A stretch of 63,282 bases of DNA, the filler included. It is 5 parts of 5 records of this genome, joined end to end, with 100 filler letters (N's around TTAATTAATTAA, not from the genome) between each part and the next. Parts side by side here need not be neighbours in the genome. Positions count along the whole stretch, not along the records: positions 52,007 to 63,282 come from SRR20825019_1329; 4 more parts are not named here. One strand, 5' to 3'. The position numbers and the translations under genes were made by a program. The notes under the pieces are model-generated. The model worked only from the letters and a program-made list of their open reading frames with translations. It searched no databases and was not told the DNA's origin. Below are positions 61,388-63,282 of the stretch, piece after piece (position 1 is the stretch's first letter; each line of letters starts with the position of its first letter).

Positions 61388-62433
61388 TGGGAAAACAGAT
61401 GATATTTGACGGTCACAACGACGCGCTGATGCGGCTCTGGAAACAACAGGGCGATCCGGTGGCACATTTTGCAACGGATGCGGGACACATCAACGCCGCT
61501 GCCTGTCGGGCGGGCGGCATGGGCGGCGGGTTCTTTGCGATCTATTGCCCGGCCAGCCGCATGCCTCACACGGGCAGCACCGAGGTCAACGCCGTTGAGC
61601 TTGAACCTCTGGATGCCCCGCTGGATCAGGGCTGGGCCTTGCAGGCGGCCATGGGGCAGGCGGGAATTGCCCTGCAACTGGCCGCCGCTGGCCACATTGA
61701 GATCGTCACGCGCCCCGACCAGCTGGGGCGGGCGTTCATGGGCGATGCGGTGGCCTGTGTCCTGCACCTTGAGGGTGCTGAATGCATCGACGCCGACCTG
61801 CTGGCGCTGGACGTGCTTTACGGGGTTGGCCTGCGGTCGCTCGGGCCGGTCTGGTCGCGCAACAACATCTTTGGCCATGGTGTGCCCTTTGCGCATTTCC
61901 GCGATCCCGACCTTGGTCCAGGGCTGACCGAGGCCGGCAAACGGCTGGCGAAACGCTGCGGCGAGCTTGGGATCATGCTCGACACCAGCCACATCACGCT
62001 CAAGGGGTTTGAGGATATCGCAGATATGGGACAGCCGGTCGTGGCCACCCATTCCAACGCATGGTCGCTGTGCCCGTCCTCGCGCAATCTGACGGACGCG
62101 CAGTTGCAGGTCATCGCCCAAAGCGGCGGCATCGCGGGGCTGAACTTTGCCCCACCTTTTCTCAGTGATGCAGGATGGAAGACAGGGCGCGTGGGGCTGG
62201 AAGCCTGCATTCGCCATCTGGAGTACATGATTGAACACCTGGGCGAGGATCACGTGGCACTGGGCAGCGATTTCGACGGGGCGCGCATGCCCGACGGGAT
62301 CGCCTCGGCGGCGGATCTGCCTGTATTGGTCAAGGCGATGGAGGATGCGGGCTTTGGCTCAGAGGTGATCGCCAAGATTTGCTGTGAGAACTGGTTGGCG
62401 TTCCTTGGCCGGCATCTGGAAAAGGGCGCGTGA
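61387..62433 (+). CDS. Membrane dipeptidase (peptidase M19)
   Basis: DGHND, HLEGAE, DTSH, THSN, LGSDFDG; TGATG overlap with the SDR. Confidence 0.93.
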   Translation: MGKQMIFDGHNDALMRLWKQQGDPVAHFATDAGHINAAACRAGGMGGGFFAIYCPASRMPHTGSTEVNAVELEPLDAPLDQGWALQAAMGQAGIALQLAAAGHIEIVTRPDQLGRAFMGDAVACVLHLEGAECIDADLLALDVLYGVGLRSLGPVWSRNNIFGHGVPFAHFRDPDLGPGLTEAGKRLAKRCGELGIMLDTSHITLKGFEDIADMGQPVVATHSNAWSLCPSSRNLTDAQLQVIAQSGGIAGLNFAPPFLSDAGWKTGRVGLEACIRHLEYMIEHLGEDHVALGSDFDGARMPDGIASAADLPVLVKAMEDAGFGSEVIAKICCENWLAFLGRHLEKGA

Positions 62434-62885
62434 GGGCGCTGCACCCCGACTGGACCTATGTTGCCGACAGCGTGATGGGCGGCGTGTCCCGCGGGCAGGC
62501 GTCAACGGAGCAGGTCGCCGGTCGCAGGGCCATGCGCCTGACAGGCACGGTCAGCACAGACAACGGCGGCGGTTTTATCCAGATGGCCTTTGATCTGGAG
62601 CAGGATGCCAGCGGTTGCACGGGGCTGGAACTGGATGTTTGCGGCAATGGCGAAAACTACGATCTGCGCCTGCGGACCACCCGGCTGACGCGTGCATGGC
62701 AATCCTTTCGCACGGGCTTTGTGGCACCGTCCACGTGGACCACGATCACGGTGCCCTTCAAGACGCTCGAAGCCTATCGGACCGATGCCAACTTTGACGC
62801 ATCCGAGCTGCGCCGCGTGGGCGTCGTCGCCGTGGGGCGTGAATTCGCGGTCGATGTGGCAGTCAGCGGCGTGCGGCTGGTCTAG
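62430..62885 (+). CDS. CIA30-family protein
   Basis: DSVMGGVS and VSTDNGGGF motifs. Confidence 0.9.
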   Translation: MRALHPDWTYVADSVMGGVSRGQASTEQVAGRRAMRLTGTVSTDNGGGFIQMAFDLEQDASGCTGLELDVCGNGENYDLRLRTTRLTRAWQSFRTGFVAPSTWTTITVPFKTLEAYRTDANFDASELRRVGVVAVGREFAVDVAVSGVRLV

Positions 62886-63282
62886 TCTCTCGGTGCGGGC
62901 GCACCCCCTTCAAAGGCATTGCCGTTCACGTAATCGCAGGGCGCTTCCTGCATCTCCAGATGCAGGCCGGTGCCGGTGTAAGGATGCGCGCGGGCCAGAT
63001 CCTCGTCCACCTCGATCCCCAGACCGGGCGCATCTGACGGCGTGACAAAGCCGTCCTCGACCCGGATGCTGCCCTTGATCAGCGCGTCGTGGAACGGTGT
63101 CTCGATGGTTTCACACATCAGCAGGTTGGGAATGGACGCGGCCAGTTGCAGATTGGCGGCCCATTCGATCGGCCCTGCATAGAGGTGTGGCGCGACTTGC
63201 GCGTTATAAACTTCGGCCATCGCGGCGATTTTCTTGACCTCCCAGATGCCGCCCGCGCGGCCCAGTGCCGGTTGCAGGATGC
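62882..63282 (-). CDS. Mandelate racemase / enolase-superfamily enzyme, C-terminal part
   Basis: ILQPALGRAGGIWE..KIAAMAE...APH...PGLGIEVD. Confidence 0.9.
   Translation of the reverse strand, partial: ILQPALGRAGGIWEVKKIAAMAEVYNAQVAPHLYAGPIEWAANLQLAASIPNLLMCETIETPFHDALIKGSIRVEDGFVTPSDAPGLGIEVDEDLARAHPYTGTGLHLEMQEAPCDYVNGNAFEGGAPAPRD

Overview
The window is not one locus. It is five unlinked fragments joined by artificial spacers (N-runs around TTAATTAATTAA at 11951-12050, 17241-17340, 41873-41972 and 51907-52006). (1) 1-11950 is AT-rich Flavobacteriaceae-type DNA: an AraC / secreted epoxide hydrolase / DUF6134 / oleate hydratase module and a glycerol operon (glpR, glpD, glpK, glpF plus an outer-membrane protein), with IS256-type ends at both contig termini and a decayed IS256 inside. 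(2) 12051-17240 is Flavobacteriaceae-type: AraC-VOC pair, a 39-aa membrane peptide, DUF853 ATPase, a Flavo-1-like RNA repeat, queE and a methyltransferase. (3) 17341-41872 is Rhizobiales-type: Yersinia/Brucella-ure2-like ureAB, a LuxR solo, FUSC, crcB, aspT, a sugar catabolic operon (ABC transporter, esterase, ketose 3-epimerase, dehydrogenase, Rid, variant transketolase), vapBC, and GntR-TRAP-yhcH-kduI-kduD. (4) 41973-51906 is Rhizobiales-type: coaBC, regB/actS with no adjacent regA, hrpB, and a RuBisCO-like protein divergent from a D-apiose-type ABC transporter. (5) 52007-63282 is Roseobacter-type housekeeping and catabolic genes. Best candidates for undescribed systems: a LuxR solo with a substituted ligand pocket and two matching 20-bp lux-box palindromes, one upstream of urease and one upstream of crcB-FUSC (putative acid/fluoride-resistance regulon); an AraC regulon in which the promoter and first five codons of oleate hydratase are duplicated in front of an exported epoxide hydrolase; and a rare-sugar pathway built on a D-tagatose-3-epimerase-like enzyme and an altered transketolase. 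All family assignments come from motif recognition and recall; no database search was run.
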